Positions 40,515 to 50,818 are shown, counted from the first letter of the stretch. The stretch is 64,000 nucleotides of DNA from an uncultured Muribaculaceae bacterium (GCA_964550875.1 CAZKAS010000002.1:15806-79805); one strand, 5' to 3'. The notes: generated from the sequence alone by a model not told the origin. Numbers and translations are program-made.

Positions 40515-41369
40515 TTGTATTATGATTATTTTATGAATTATTTTGAACGAGCAAGGAAATTCAGAGCAAAAAAAAGACTTGGTCAAAACTTTTTGGTAGA
40601 TGGAGAAGTTATTGACGATATTATTGAAGTTGCGGATATTCAGCCTGATGAAACGGTAGTTGAAATCGGTGGTGGTTTGGGTTTTGTGACCGAGCGACTT
40701 GTTGAGTTGGCAAAAAAAGTTGTAGTTATTGAACTTGACGAGGATATGGTTGAGCAACTTTCAAAAATTGAAGCTGACAATCTTGAAATTATTCATGCAG
40801 ATATTTTGAAAACAGATATTTCTCAATTTGGAAAAAATATTAAAGTTGTTGCAAATATTCCTTATTATATTACAAGTCCTATATTGGCGCATTTATTGGG
40901 AGAAGTTGATGATTTAGACAACAAAAACAGAAAATCAATTTCTGAAATTATAATGATGACACAATATGAGGCGGCTTTGAGAATTACGGCAGATGAATTT
41001 TCTGTGGAAAAAGCATACGGTCCGTTGACAATTTTGTCAAAATTCAATGCTTATACGGAAATTGTCAGATTTGTTAAGGCAAAATCATTCTTTCCTGCAC
41101 CGAAAGTTAATTCTGCGGTTGTGAAATTTGTTGTCAGAGAAAAACCTATACTTAATTTGAAAGATTATTCATTTTTCCGCAAAGTCGTACGGGCATGTTT
41201 TGGAACGAGAAGAAAGAACATTAAAAATTCTCTTATGATTGGAGGGTTTTCAAAAGAAGCCGTACAGAAAACATTGGTAGAATTAAATATTTCAGAAACA
41301 TCAAGAGGAGAAACTCTTTCTATAGAAAAAATCGGTGAATTATCCGAAAAATTAAAGGAAAATTTATGA
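40515..41369 (+). CDS. rsmA: 16S rRNA (adenine1518/1519-N6)-dimethyltransferase RsmA/KsgA
   Basis: Contains KRLGQNFLVD, the SAM motif VVEIGGGLGFVT and ANIPYYITSPIL. The true start may be the Met at 40533. Confidence 0.93.
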   Translation: MYYDYFMNYFERARKFRAKKRLGQNFLVDGEVIDDIIEVADIQPDETVVEIGGGLGFVTERLVELAKKVVVIELDEDMVEQLSKIEADNLEIIHADILKTDISQFGKNIKVVANIPYYITSPILAHLLGEVDDLDNKNRKSISEIIMMTQYEAALRITADEFSVEKAYGPLTILSKFNAYTEIVRFVKAKSFFPAPKVNSAVVKFVVREKPILNLKDYSFFRKVVRACFGTRRKNIKNSLMIGGFSKEAVQKTLVELNISETSRGETLSIEKIGELSEKLKENL

Positions 41370-42235
41370 AGGAAATAAAAGTTCAGGCACCTGCAAAAAT
41401 TAATTTGACACTTGATGTTGTCGGAAAGAGAGAAGACGGTTTCCACGATATAAAAAGCATAATGCATGCAATAAGTTTGTATGATTTTCTAACATTAAGA
41501 CTTGAAGATAACGATTGTTTGTCGATTGAGCTTTCGGGAAACTCTAATGAAATACCATATAATGAACATAATTTGGTTTATAAAGCGGCGATGAAATTTT
41601 TTGAAGCAGCAAATATTAAAAATGCCAAACTTTATGTTTATATTGAAAAGAATATTCCGGTTGCGGCGGGATTAGCGGGTGGTAGTACAGATGCTGCCGC
41701 AACGTTGTTTGCATTGAATAAACTGTACGAAGATATTTTATCTGATGACAAAATTAATATGCTTTGTTCCTCATTAGGTTCTGATTTAAATTTTTGCTTA
41801 AAAGGTGGTTGTGCAATTTGTACATCAAGGGGTGAAAAAATTCGTCCGATACCATTTTTAGAATATCCTGTGTCAATTGTTAAACCAAGAAATTTGAAAA
41901 TCAGTGCAAAAGAAGCATTTGAAGAATATGATTTTCAAGGAGAAAAAAAGTCGGTAAATTCAACGGAAGCGTTGACAAATCTTATAGTTTGCGGTCATTT
42001 TGATAAAAATCTTTTACATAATGATTTAGAACTGCCGATTATTAATAAATATTCAAGTTTAAATAATATAAAATGTAATCTTAAAAATTCTGTAATGTCA
42101 GGAAGCGGCCCGATTTTTTATACGTTTACCGAAGAATTAGAAGTTCTTTTTGACACTGATGAATTTATTATTGCAGAACATTTGAGAACAATTGGTAATG
42201 GTGTAAAAGTGGTAGGCAGAATTTCAAATGAATAA
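41366..42235 (+). CDS. ispE: 4-diphosphocytidyl-2-C-methyl-D-erythritol kinase
   Basis: 289 aa with APAKINLTLDVVGKREDGFHDI and the GHMP motif PVAAGLAGGSTDAAA. ATGA overlap with rsmA. Confidence 0.92.
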   Translation: MKEIKVQAPAKINLTLDVVGKREDGFHDIKSIMHAISLYDFLTLRLEDNDCLSIELSGNSNEIPYNEHNLVYKAAMKFFEAANIKNAKLYVYIEKNIPVAAGLAGGSTDAAATLFALNKLYEDILSDDKINMLCSSLGSDLNFCLKGGCAICTSRGEKIRPIPFLEYPVSIVKPRNLKISAKEAFEEYDFQGEKKSVNSTEALTNLIVCGHFDKNLLHNDLELPIINKYSSLNNIKCNLKNSVMSGSGPIFYTFTEELEVLFDTDEFIIAEHLRTIGNGVKVVGRISNE

Positions 42236-43133
42236 TTTTTCTGAAACAGAGAATTTGAATGAAAATACGGTAAATATTGATATTTCTTCTACTTTAGAAA
42301 TGGTAGAAATGATTAACAACGAAGATTTTAACGCTGTCAAAGCTGTTCAAAAATGTTTGCCGAAAATAGCGAGTGCGGTTGATATTATTTCAGAAAATTT
42401 TAATAACGGAGGCAGACTTATATATTTTGGAGCAGGTACCAGCGGACGTTTAGGAGTTTTAGATGCTTCAGAATGTCCGCCGACATTTTCTGTTTCTGAG
42501 TCAATGGTAGTTGGAATTATAGCAGGTGGAGATATTGCGCTGAGGCATGCCGTTGAAGGAGCAGAGGACAGTGTTGACGGTGCAAAAATTGATTTTGGAA
42601 AACTGAATATTTCTGAAAAAGATACAGTAGTTGCTATTTCTGCCAGTGGAAATGCAAATTATGTTGTTGAAGTTTTAAAACAGGCGAAAGAGAATGGTTG
42701 CAAGACGATTGCCGTTTCTTCAAATAAAAATGCAAAAACAAAAGAATTTGCAAATATTTTTATTTGTCCGGAAACAGGTGCAGAAGCTATTTCCGGTTCA
42801 ACAAGAATGAAAGCCGGAACGGCGCAAAAATTAATTTTGAATATGTTGACAACTGCTTCAATGGTTAAAATCGGTAAAGTTTATAAAAACTATATGATTG
42901 ATGTTAAACCAACAAATATTAAACTTAAAAATCGTGCGGTTAAAATTGTTTCTAAAATAGCAGATGTTACGGAAGAAACGGCTCTTAAAGTTTTACAAGA
43001 AAACAATTTTAAACTTAAACCCGCAATTTTATACTTAAAATACAATATTGAAGAGCAAAATGCAGAAAAACTTCTTAATGAAAATGATGGAATATTGAGA
43101 AAAGTTTTTGAACAAGTTGAAAAGGGAAATTAA
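42228..43133 (+). CDS. murQ: N-acetylmuramic acid 6-phosphate etherase
   Basis: 301 aa with SIS domain GGRLIYFGAGTSGRLGVLDASECPPTF and GSTRMKAGTAQK. Confidence 0.92.
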   Translation: MNNFSETENLNENTVNIDISSTLEMVEMINNEDFNAVKAVQKCLPKIASAVDIISENFNNGGRLIYFGAGTSGRLGVLDASECPPTFSVSESMVVGIIAGGDIALRHAVEGAEDSVDGAKIDFGKLNISEKDTVVAISASGNANYVVEVLKQAKENGCKTIAVSSNKNAKTKEFANIFICPETGAEAISGSTRMKAGTAQKLILNMLTTASMVKIGKVYKNYMIDVKPTNIKLKNRAVKIVSKIADVTEETALKVLQENNFKLKPAILYLKYNIEEQNAEKLLNENDGILRKVFEQVEKGN

Positions 43134-43756
43134 TGGAATATTTGAATTTTAAAGAAGAAGAATTAACCGCAGAAGTAAAAGAGATGTCACTGCTTGAAAT
43201 AAGAAATGTATGTATGCAATGTCAGAATTGTTCTTTGGCAAAGACGAGAACAAACATTGTTTTTTCCGACGGATATGCAAATGCACCTGTAATGCTGATA
43301 GGAGAAGCCCCCGGAGCTGATGAAGATGCAAGCGGTATTCCTTTCGTCGGAAGAGCAGGTAAACTTTTGACACAATTGCTCGAAGAGTGCGGAATAAATC
43401 GGGAAACAGATTTGTATATTTGTAATACTTTGAAATGCCGTCCGCCTGAAAACCGTGACCCTAAACCGGAAGAAAAAGAAGTTTGTGAGAAATATTTAGA
43501 GGCGCAAATTAATATAGTTCGTCCAAAGTTGATAGTTTTATGCGGAGCAACAGCAGCAAAGTCCTTTTTGGGAGAAAATATAAAAATTTCTCAAATTCGA
43601 GGAAATAAATACATGCTTTTTGACAAAATACCGGCAACAGTTATTTTCCACCCATCATATTTATTGAGAAACCATTCGGAAGAACCTAATTCTCCACGTT
43701 GGCTTACAAAAAAAGATTTAACGGCTGTTAAAAAATTTATTGAAAACTTAAAATAG
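43133..43756 (+). CDS. udg: Uracil-DNA glycosylase, family 4
   Basis: 207 aa with CxxC, GEAPGADEDASGIPFVGRAGKLL and HPSYLLRN. Confidence 0.88.
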   Translation: MEYLNFKEEELTAEVKEMSLLEIRNVCMQCQNCSLAKTRTNIVFSDGYANAPVMLIGEAPGADEDASGIPFVGRAGKLLTQLLEECGINRETDLYICNTLKCRPPENRDPKPEEKEVCEKYLEAQINIVRPKLIVLCGATAAKSFLGENIKISQIRGNKYMLFDKIPATVIFHPSYLLRNHSEEPNSPRWLTKKDLTAVKKFIENLK

Positions 43757-43916
43757 TTTGTAAAGTATCGTAATATTTCTCGGAGGCCTAAAGCCTTAGT
43801 TACACCTTGCTTTTGCTTATGTGTATTGTTTTTCCATAAAAAAATAGTTATAAAAAAATGCACCTAAAGAATGTATTTGATACAATAATGACAAGGAAAA
43901 CGTTTTCAAGGTAGTT

Positions 43917-46865
43917 ATGGGGCAAAAAAAATCTAATAAAAAAAATAAGAAATCGGTAGCAGATTTGATAATAAAACATCATTATGATGATAAAATCAAA
44001 AAAAACGATAAAGAATTTGAGAAAGAAGAACTTTCATCTGATAATCAAGAGTTAAAAGAAGAAACTGTTGAATATAAAAAGAATGATGAAGGAACTGTTT
44101 CGGGTGAAGAAATATTGGAAGTTAAAATTGATGATTTTTCTAAGCCTATTGAAGAAGACTTTGAAGAAGTCGAAAAAGATAATCCGGAGAAAACAAAAGA
44201 AAATTTAAAAGACGTAGAAGCGGAAATAACAGAAAAACTTTCTACAGTAGAGGCAGACGATTTTTTAAAAAATGCTGATGAAATTTTAAATTCTGTTGAG
44301 GAAAAAAACAAAACAAATTCAGATGAAGCAGTACAACAATTGCAAGAATTTTTGTCAAGGGTTGATAAAAGAGTTGATAAACTTGCAAAAGTTCAGGCTG
44401 AAAGAGAGAATGAAATAGATATAGTTGGCGATGAATTTCAATTCAAAAAGTTTAAAAACGAATTAACTTTTTTCCAGAACGAATTGGAAGAAGGTATTCA
44501 TGGTCAATTCAGCGATTTAAGTGAAACTGTAACATCTGTAATTTTGGAATTGAAGAACAGAATTTCAGAGATGCAGGATTATGTTGAACAAGATACTACA
44601 AAGCAAATAAAGACGGTTATAAGTGGTATAAAAACCGTTAAAGCGGAAGTAGATTCAATTTCTAACGAAGTAAAATCTATTGATAAGCAATCAATATTTG
44701 ATACCGAAAAAAGAACAAAACAAATAATCGGATTGACTAAAAAAACGAAAGATGAACTACTTACAGAAATACAAAATTTAAAGAATGTAGTATCAAGAGC
44801 AGATGTTTTAGAAACATATAATGAAGAAAACAAATTAACGTTTGAAAAAACAAACAAACAAAATATAGAGTTATTCAATAAGACAAATGCAGAGAATATA
44901 GCACTTTTTGAAACTCGTTCAGCTGAAAGTCTTGCGACAGTAAAGAACGAACTTTCACAGGTAAGGCAAAACTTGCATACGCAAATTCAAGAAGTTTTGC
45001 GAAAAATAGTTATTCAAGATGAAATAAAATCGTTGTGTGAAGATGCATTAACGGAGATAAGGAATAATAATAGCGAAATCGGTGTAGTACGAAAGTTTAT
45101 GAAGGCTACACAAGCTGTAGAACAGCGACAAGAAGAGCTTTTAGATGAGATACGTATTTTAGTTGAAGATTTATCAGAGTACGAACTAAATGAAGCATCA
45201 GATAAAGTTGATATTATTTACGAAAATATCGGAATGCTCAATGAATGGGCGAACAAGTCCGATAAATTGATAGAAGATTTTGATATACTTCGAGAAGATT
45301 TTGATATTAATAGCGACAAAGTCGATATTATTTATGACAATTTGACATTTATAAACGATTGGGTAAAAAAACTTGATAAATTTGCAAAAGATATAGAAGA
45401 TTTAAAGAGTGATTTTGAACGAGATGAAAAGCTCACAGAAAAGATTGACAGTCTTTATACGAACATAAATGCAATAAAAGATTGGAGCAAAAAGGCAGAT
45501 GCACTTGCGTTGCAAGTTAGAGCACTGTCTGTTCAGATTAGTGAAACAGAATCAACAATAAATTCTCAAAATCTTGCGGATATTAGAGAATTGTTTACTC
45601 AAATGACAGAAGATATGTCAAATTTGAGTAGCAGAACTAATAAGATGATATTGGATACGGATAAAACAAATGACAAGATGGTTGCTCATTTAGAAAATCT
45701 TAATTCAATAATAGAAACACTTCGCACTACATCAAACTCTTTTGAATTTGATGAAATAAAAAATAAAATAGAAGAAATAAAAGATTCTTCAACAAAAAAT
45801 TCAAATTTTGAATTAATTATAACCGAAGCTTTTGGTTATCTTGCGGAATGGATTGATTCTGCGGGAGTTACGATTAATCAAATTCAAAAAGAACTTAATA
45901 ATGTTCAATACAGACAAGATGAACAAGTAGAACAAATTAATAAGCAATATAATGAACAAGTTGACAGATTGGAAGAAATCAAAACTTCTTTTGAAAATCT
46001 TGTTCAAAAAGACGACAAGACAGAAAATAGTATTGCAGAAAGTATCGCTGAAATTTTCACGCAAAATAATTTGGCAATTCAAAATATTGTAAAGAAACAA
46101 AATCAAGAATTTCAGGAGATTTTAGCACTTCAAAATGTTCAAATCAAAAAAATATTGGAAGAACAACAAAACTTAATTTCTCAAAATTTACAAATTCAAA
46201 AGAAATTAGAAGAGCAACAAAATTTTGCTGTTCAAAATGAAGAAATATCGAATCAGGATTATAATCAACAACATTTTGAAATACAGAGTGAACAAATAGG
46301 AAAAGTATTGGAAGGACAACAACTTAACTCGCAAAGGATAATTGATTTACAAAATCAGTTAGCGCAAACATGTGATAATGTTCAACAATATCAAATTCAA
46401 TCCGAACAAATGCTTCAAAATCTGGAGCAATTGCAAGAGCAGGCAGTAGTTTCACTAAGTCAGATGAATGAACAGTCAGATAAACTTTTACAAAATATTC
46501 AAAATATGCAAAATTCACAATCAGATATTTCTTCAGAAATTCAAGATTTACAGCAGCCATCTTCTGTAAGTTCAAATAATGAAGAAATTCTTGAAAAACT
46601 TGGCGTGATTGCTGAATATATTGAACAAAAAGATGAATCGCAACAGATAGTAGAATCAATAGAAGAAAAAATTTCAACTCTTAAACCGGATAATTCAGAG
46701 GTTAAGAATTTATTGGATTTTATCGCAGCTCAAGTTGTTAACGCAAATGAAAACAGTTTAAAAACAGAAACGCTTTCTCGTAAAATTGATACTATAGAAA
46801 CGAAATTATCATCTTTGGAACAGTATATGGCAAGATTGATAGAATATTTAGATGAAGATGAATAA
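43917..46865 (+). CDS. 982-aa coiled-coil-rich protein with internal tandem repeats
   Basis: Long, intact, E/K/Q/N-rich ORF with heptad-like periodicity and no TM or signal peptide. Three ~35-aa repeats (DKVDIIYENIGMLNEWANKSDKL / DKVDIIYDNLTFINDWVKKLDKF / EKIDSLYTNINAIKDWSKKADAL) and a Q-rich repeat zone near the C-terminus. Confidence 0.6.
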   Translation: MGQKKSNKKNKKSVADLIIKHHYDDKIKKNDKEFEKEELSSDNQELKEETVEYKKNDEGTVSGEEILEVKIDDFSKPIEEDFEEVEKDNPEKTKENLKDVEAEITEKLSTVEADDFLKNADEILNSVEEKNKTNSDEAVQQLQEFLSRVDKRVDKLAKVQAERENEIDIVGDEFQFKKFKNELTFFQNELEEGIHGQFSDLSETVTSVILELKNRISEMQDYVEQDTTKQIKTVISGIKTVKAEVDSISNEVKSIDKQSIFDTEKRTKQIIGLTKKTKDELLTEIQNLKNVVSRADVLETYNEENKLTFEKTNKQNIELFNKTNAENIALFETRSAESLATVKNELSQVRQNLHTQIQEVLRKIVIQDEIKSLCEDALTEIRNNNSEIGVVRKFMKATQAVEQRQEELLDEIRILVEDLSEYELNEASDKVDIIYENIGMLNEWANKSDKLIEDFDILREDFDINSDKVDIIYDNLTFINDWVKKLDKFAKDIEDLKSDFERDEKLTEKIDSLYTNINAIKDWSKKADALALQVRALSVQISETESTINSQNLADIRELFTQMTEDMSNLSSRTNKMILDTDKTNDKMVAHLENLNSIIETLRTTSNSFEFDEIKNKIEEIKDSSTKNSNFELIITEAFGYLAEWIDSAGVTINQIQKELNNVQYRQDEQVEQINKQYNEQVDRLEEIKTSFENLVQKDDKTENSIAESIAEIFTQNNLAIQNIVKKQNQEFQEILALQNVQIKKILEEQQNLISQNLQIQKKLEEQQNFAVQNEEISNQDYNQQHFEIQSEQIGKVLEGQQLNSQRIIDLQNQLAQTCDNVQQYQIQSEQMLQNLEQLQEQAVVSLSQMNEQSDKLLQNIQNMQNSQSDISSEIQDLQQPSSVSSNNEEILEKLGVIAEYIEQKDESQQIVESIEEKISTLKPDNSEVKNLLDFIAAQVVNANENSLKTETLSRKIDTIETKLSSLEQYMARLIEYLDEDE

Positions 46866-46885
46866 ATATTCGAGCAATTTTGATT

Positions 46886-46920
46886 AAAAAAGGACTAAAA
46901 TATATAAATTAGTCCTTTTT
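46886..46920. terminator. Bidirectional intrinsic terminator
   Basis: aaaaaaggacta - loop - tagtccttttt between convergent genes. Confidence 0.65.
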
Positions 46921-46928
46921 GATTATTC

Positions 46929-47864
46929 TTAATTATGGCAATGACAATTTTCATCGTGGCAATGGTGGTGAGAAATTAAATGTTCAAGTTCTTCCCTGTC
47001 CTCAAAAGCCTTGAATGGTTCTTTTAAATGTTCGTAGCAGTCAGCCCGAAGTTCTAAAAGATGCATTAGATTATGTTCATTGTCATTGAGTTGCATTGCT
47101 TTTGTTGCATATTTTTCTGCTTTTTGATAATTTTTTTCACGATAATATAAAGAAGCAAGTTGTTCTGTATATTTTGCCAAAAATAAAACCTTGTTTTCTT
47201 CATCAGCAAATTTTACCGCTAAAGAACACGCATTAATTGCAGCATCAAAATTTTCAATATCTTCATAAAAACGAGATAATTCAAAATATGCACAATCTTT
47301 ATCTTTTGCATAAGTTACGGCAGTTTTGTAATCTTCTTCCGCTTTTTTCAAGAAAATCAATTCTTCGTTATTAGCAAGATATTTTTCTTTATAATGATTG
47401 CCTCTAAACCATAAACTTGCATATTTTTTTTCATCATCTGCCGATTCTATAGCCTGCGATAAATCGTACTCAATTAAATCTTCGCAAAGAACAGTTCTTG
47501 CGTGAAATAAAACGGGAGAAGGTGTTATTTGAATTGCAGAAGATATGTCATTTATTGCATTAACAAATAATTTTTTCAAACTGTAAAAATATGCTCTTGC
47601 AGTGTAGTTGTTTATTTCTTCAGGATTTTGTCTGATTTTTTGAGTAAATTCAGCGATTTTACTGTCTGCTTTTTTAAAATCCAGACATTCTAAATAGCAA
47701 ACATCATCTTCTAAGTCTTCGCCAAGTTCGATAGCTTTTTCGTAGTCTAAAAGCGCTTTTGCAAAATTTTTTTCTTGATAGTACCAATCGGCTCTATTAA
47801 TATAATTGACAGAAAGGTTCGGATTTTTTTCTATTTCTGCTGTTAAATTTTCAATTGTTGTCAT
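46929..47864 (-). CDS. TPR-repeat protein with a His/Cys-rich C-terminal tail
   Basis: 311 aa with several TPR units (e.g. RADWYYQEKNFAKALLDYEKAIELG). The tail is HLISHHHCHDENCHCHN. Confidence 0.6.
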   Translation of the reverse strand: MTTIENLTAEIEKNPNLSVNYINRADWYYQEKNFAKALLDYEKAIELGEDLEDDVCYLECLDFKKADSKIAEFTQKIRQNPEEINNYTARAYFYSLKKLFVNAINDISSAIQITPSPVLFHARTVLCEDLIEYDLSQAIESADDEKKYASLWFRGNHYKEKYLANNEELIFLKKAEEDYKTAVTYAKDKDCAYFELSRFYEDIENFDAAINACSLAVKFADEENKVLFLAKYTEQLASLYYREKNYQKAEKYATKAMQLNDNEHNLMHLLELRADCYEHLKEPFKAFEDREELEHLISHHHCHDENCHCHN

Positions 47865-47907
47865 AATTCCTCGCTTTTTGTCTATTTTATCATGAATTAT
47901 TCATAAA

Positions 47908-47936
47908 ACAAAAGGCGGAAATAAACCGCCTTTTAT
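47908..47936 (-). terminator. Intrinsic terminator of the tilS-hpt operon
   Basis: Stem ggcgg / ccgcc with a 7-nt loop. The minus strand follows with TTTTGTTTT. Confidence 0.65.
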
Positions 47937-47951
47937 TAATATATTTGACCT

Positions 47952-48515
47952 TTATTGCGGAAACCAACCAACAAAAGGAAGATTTCTGTAAAATCCTATG
48001 TAGTCTAATCCGTACCCGACAAGGAACTTATTATCAACTTCAAATCCGTAAAAATCAGGATCAATATCAATAACTCTATTACATTTTTTATTTATTAAGG
48101 TAACAAATCTTAGTTTTTTTATGTGATAGTCATTTTTAAAAATACTAAGTAATTCTTTACCTGTATTTCCTGTATCGCAGATGTCATCGACGATTAATAC
48201 ATTTTGGTCATTTAAATTAGGTATTTTTGAATCAATAATCTTAACGTTTCCTGTTGATTTAAATTCGTTTCCGTAGCTTGAAACTTTGATAAATTCAAGT
48301 TGAATAGGTGTTTTCATTTTTTTTATCAAATCACAAGTAAAAAGAACAGAGCCTTTTAAAATACTAATGACGTAAAGCGGTTCATCTTGAGGAAATTCTT
48401 CATCAATTATATCTGCTAATTCTTGAGTTCTTTTATCAATTTCTTCTGCTGAAAAAAGAACTTGTAATTCTCTGATATCCCTATCAGGCATATTTAAAAA
48501 GTCTATATCTACCAT
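47952..48515 (-). CDS. hpt: Hypoxanthine phosphoribosyltransferase
   Basis: 187 aa with PRPP motif VLIVDDICDTGNTG. Located immediately downstream of tilS, the classic arrangement. Confidence 0.9.
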   Translation of the reverse strand: MVDIDFLNMPDRDIRELQVLFSAEEIDKRTQELADIIDEEFPQDEPLYVISILKGSVLFTCDLIKKMKTPIQLEFIKVSSYGNEFKSTGNVKIIDSKIPNLNDQNVLIVDDICDTGNTGKELLSIFKNDYHIKKLRFVTLINKKCNRVIDIDPDFYGFEVDNKFLVGYGLDYIGFYRNLPFVGWFPQ

Positions 48516-48517
48516 GT

Positions 48518-49876
48518 TTATATCTCCGTTTTAAGTTCTATTTTGTGTGTTGCATTATTTGTTACTCTTAATTTTTCGCTCATGCCGACACCGGCAATCC
48601 ACAAGACTTCTTGACCCTGACATAATAGTAACAATTTATCTCTTTGATGCCCCGGAATATTTTTGTTAATGAAATATTTTTTTAATTTCATTTTCCCGTT
48701 CATTCCAAAAGGTTGAATAATATCTCCGTCACGTCTTGTTCTCAAGGTTAAAGGAAATTTTACTTGTGTCAAATCCGCAAAAATAAATTTAGCCGTTTTT
48801 TTGGGGAAATATTCAATATCTTTTTCATTTTTTTCTATAACAAGACTTTCCCGATTTTCAAAAGGGAAATCACCTTCTCCTGTTATAACGACTTCTCTTA
48901 ATGATTTTTCGGCTCTTTCATTTTCGTCCAAAATATATGTAAATTTATGGGAAACAAATAAAGATAAAGAGGCGGTTAAAGAAAGAGTTTTGCCTGATTT
49001 TGACAAATTATTTTCCCCGATAAAATTCATAACTTCTTGAACTTTAGTGAAACTTGGTTCAATATCATTTTTCAAAAGTAAATTATAGACGAAGTGGCGA
49101 CGAATTGCGGAGTTCAGCCTCATGAAATTTTGAGTAAGCCATTTTTTGTTAAGTACGATTTGACCTTCAATATTTTCCATTAATTCGTCGATAATGTTAT
49201 TATTTCCGATTGCAATATCCGCTAAATTTATCAATGAATTTTCCACATTTGGATTAATTTCTCTTAATCTTGGCATTATGTTATGGCGAATATTATTTCT
49301 TGCAAATCTTGTATCCTGATTACTGGAATCATTGTTTGGTAAAAGTTCATTTTGCAGGCAATATGCTTCAATTTCTGCTCTTGAGAAAGAAAGCAGAGGA
49401 CGAACAATATTCATATCATTAAGTTTACGAAATTCTCTAATTCCTTCCAGCCCATTCAAACCGGTACCTTTTGCAATTCGGTATAAAATGGTTTCTGCAT
49501 TGTCAGTTTTTGTATGCGCAGTCAAAAGAACATTTGCTTTATTGTAATCATAAGTTCTTTTGAAAAATTCATAACGTTGTTCTCTTGCGGCTGCTTCAGT
49601 CTGTTTGATTTCTTCATCAACTCTTTCCGCTCTGAATTTTATGTCAAATTCAGCGCAAAAGCGTTGAGCATTTGCTTCTTCATCATCAGATTCTTCGCCT
49701 CTCCAAGCATGATTTAAGTGCGCTGCAACGAGGTTGAAACCGTATTCATCAGACAATTGTTTAATTATGTGTAGCAAACACATGGAGTCCCAGCCACCTG
49801 AAAATCCGACAATTATTGTTGTTTGCGGTGTTAAAGAAATATATTTTTCGAGAATGTTTTTTACTGTCGTAATCAT
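48518..49876 (-). CDS. tilS: tRNA(Ile)-lysidine synthetase
   Basis: 452 aa with PP-loop GFSGGWDSMCL and a C-terminal TilS substrate domain (LKKYFINKNIP...LWIAGVG). Confidence 0.92.
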   Translation of the reverse strand: MITTVKNILEKYISLTPQTTIIVGFSGGWDSMCLLHIIKQLSDEYGFNLVAAHLNHAWRGEESDDEEANAQRFCAEFDIKFRAERVDEEIKQTEAAAREQRYEFFKRTYDYNKANVLLTAHTKTDNAETILYRIAKGTGLNGLEGIREFRKLNDMNIVRPLLSFSRAEIEAYCLQNELLPNNDSSNQDTRFARNNIRHNIMPRLREINPNVENSLINLADIAIGNNNIIDELMENIEGQIVLNKKWLTQNFMRLNSAIRRHFVYNLLLKNDIEPSFTKVQEVMNFIGENNLSKSGKTLSLTASLSLFVSHKFTYILDENERAEKSLREVVITGEGDFPFENRESLVIEKNEKDIEYFPKKTAKFIFADLTQVKFPLTLRTRRDGDIIQPFGMNGKMKLKKYFINKNIPGHQRDKLLLLCQGQEVLWIAGVGMSEKLRVTNNATHKIELKTEI

Positions 49877-49975
49877 ATCTGTTTCTTTATTCTGCCCTGT
49901 TGTTGTAATATATTTTATAACAAAATTATTATTTTTTCATCAGAAAACTTTTTAATTCGTGTAAATGAATTACTC

Positions 49976-50818
49976 TTAATTTTTTTCATTATCAATTTTT
50001 TGTTGAATTTTATTCATTGCCTCAAAAATATCATTAAAATCTGCTTGATAAAGGTTAAGTATTTCATCATATTTCATAGGACAGCCAAATTTTTCAAGTT
50101 CATCTGCAACATTTTCGCTCAATTCTGCTCCTTGTTCAATCAAAATTTTTGCTATTTCTTTTTGATTGTTCAAAACAGTAATGTCTAAAGGGGTTAATCC
50201 GTCATCAGCGGATATATTAACATCTGCTCCGTGTTTAAGGAGAAGTTTTATCATTTCTTCATTATTGTTGAATACTGCATAGTGAATTGGTGCAAGACCT
50301 TCTTCTGAGAGAAGATTTATTTCTTCTGTTGTTTGGGCAATTTTTTCAACTTCTAAAAAATTATTTTCGGATACTAATTCACAAAATTTTTTTAAAGTAT
50401 TTTGTTCCGTATTTTTATCAATTTGTTCTTCTTTGTTTATTTTAGGAATTGTTACGGAAGGTTTTTCCTCAATTTGAGAGGAACTTTCTGTCATTTCGTC
50501 AATATTGGTTTGTGTAAGTTTTTTTGTTTCTCCGCCTGCTTTTGCAATTAACGTGGTAACTTCGTTATTTTGAACTTTGATTGCTCTGTCTAATGCGCTG
50601 TAGCCTTCGGTATCCGGCAAGTTTATGTTTAAATCGGCTTTTACAAAAAGCTCAACGGCTTCTTTATCTTTTTTTATAATTGCCTCAGAAAGACCGTCAT
50701 TTGTAAATTCGTAACCCTTTAGCATTAAATCACATTTATATTCATCAATATTTTCTGCCAAAATCGGTAACCCGAATGCAAACATTGCAAAAATACTTAA
50801 AATATATTTCTTTACCAC
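49976..50818 (-). CDS. Secreted ankyrin-repeat protein
   Basis: 280 aa with a signal peptide (ILSIFAMFAFGLPILA). ANK units include GYSALDRAIKVQNNEVTTLIAKAG, GLAPIHYAVFNNNEEMIKLLLKHGADVN and GLTPLDITVLNNQKEIAKILIEQGAEL. Confidence 0.8.
   Translation of the reverse strand: MVKKYILSIFAMFAFGLPILAENIDEYKCDLMLKGYEFTNDGLSEAIIKKDKEAVELFVKADLNINLPDTEGYSALDRAIKVQNNEVTTLIAKAGGETKKLTQTNIDEMTESSSQIEEKPSVTIPKINKEEQIDKNTEQNTLKKFCELVSENNFLEVEKIAQTTEEINLLSEEGLAPIHYAVFNNNEEMIKLLLKHGADVNISADDGLTPLDITVLNNQKEIAKILIEQGAELSENVADELEKFGCPMKYDEILNLYQADFNDIFEAMNKIQQKIDNEKN

Noticed and set aside
44045-46677. Minus-strand ORFs inside the coiled-coil gene (44045-44311, 44579-44878, 45813-46106, 46324-46677)
   Set aside because: These are antisense artefacts of a long, compositionally biased gene.
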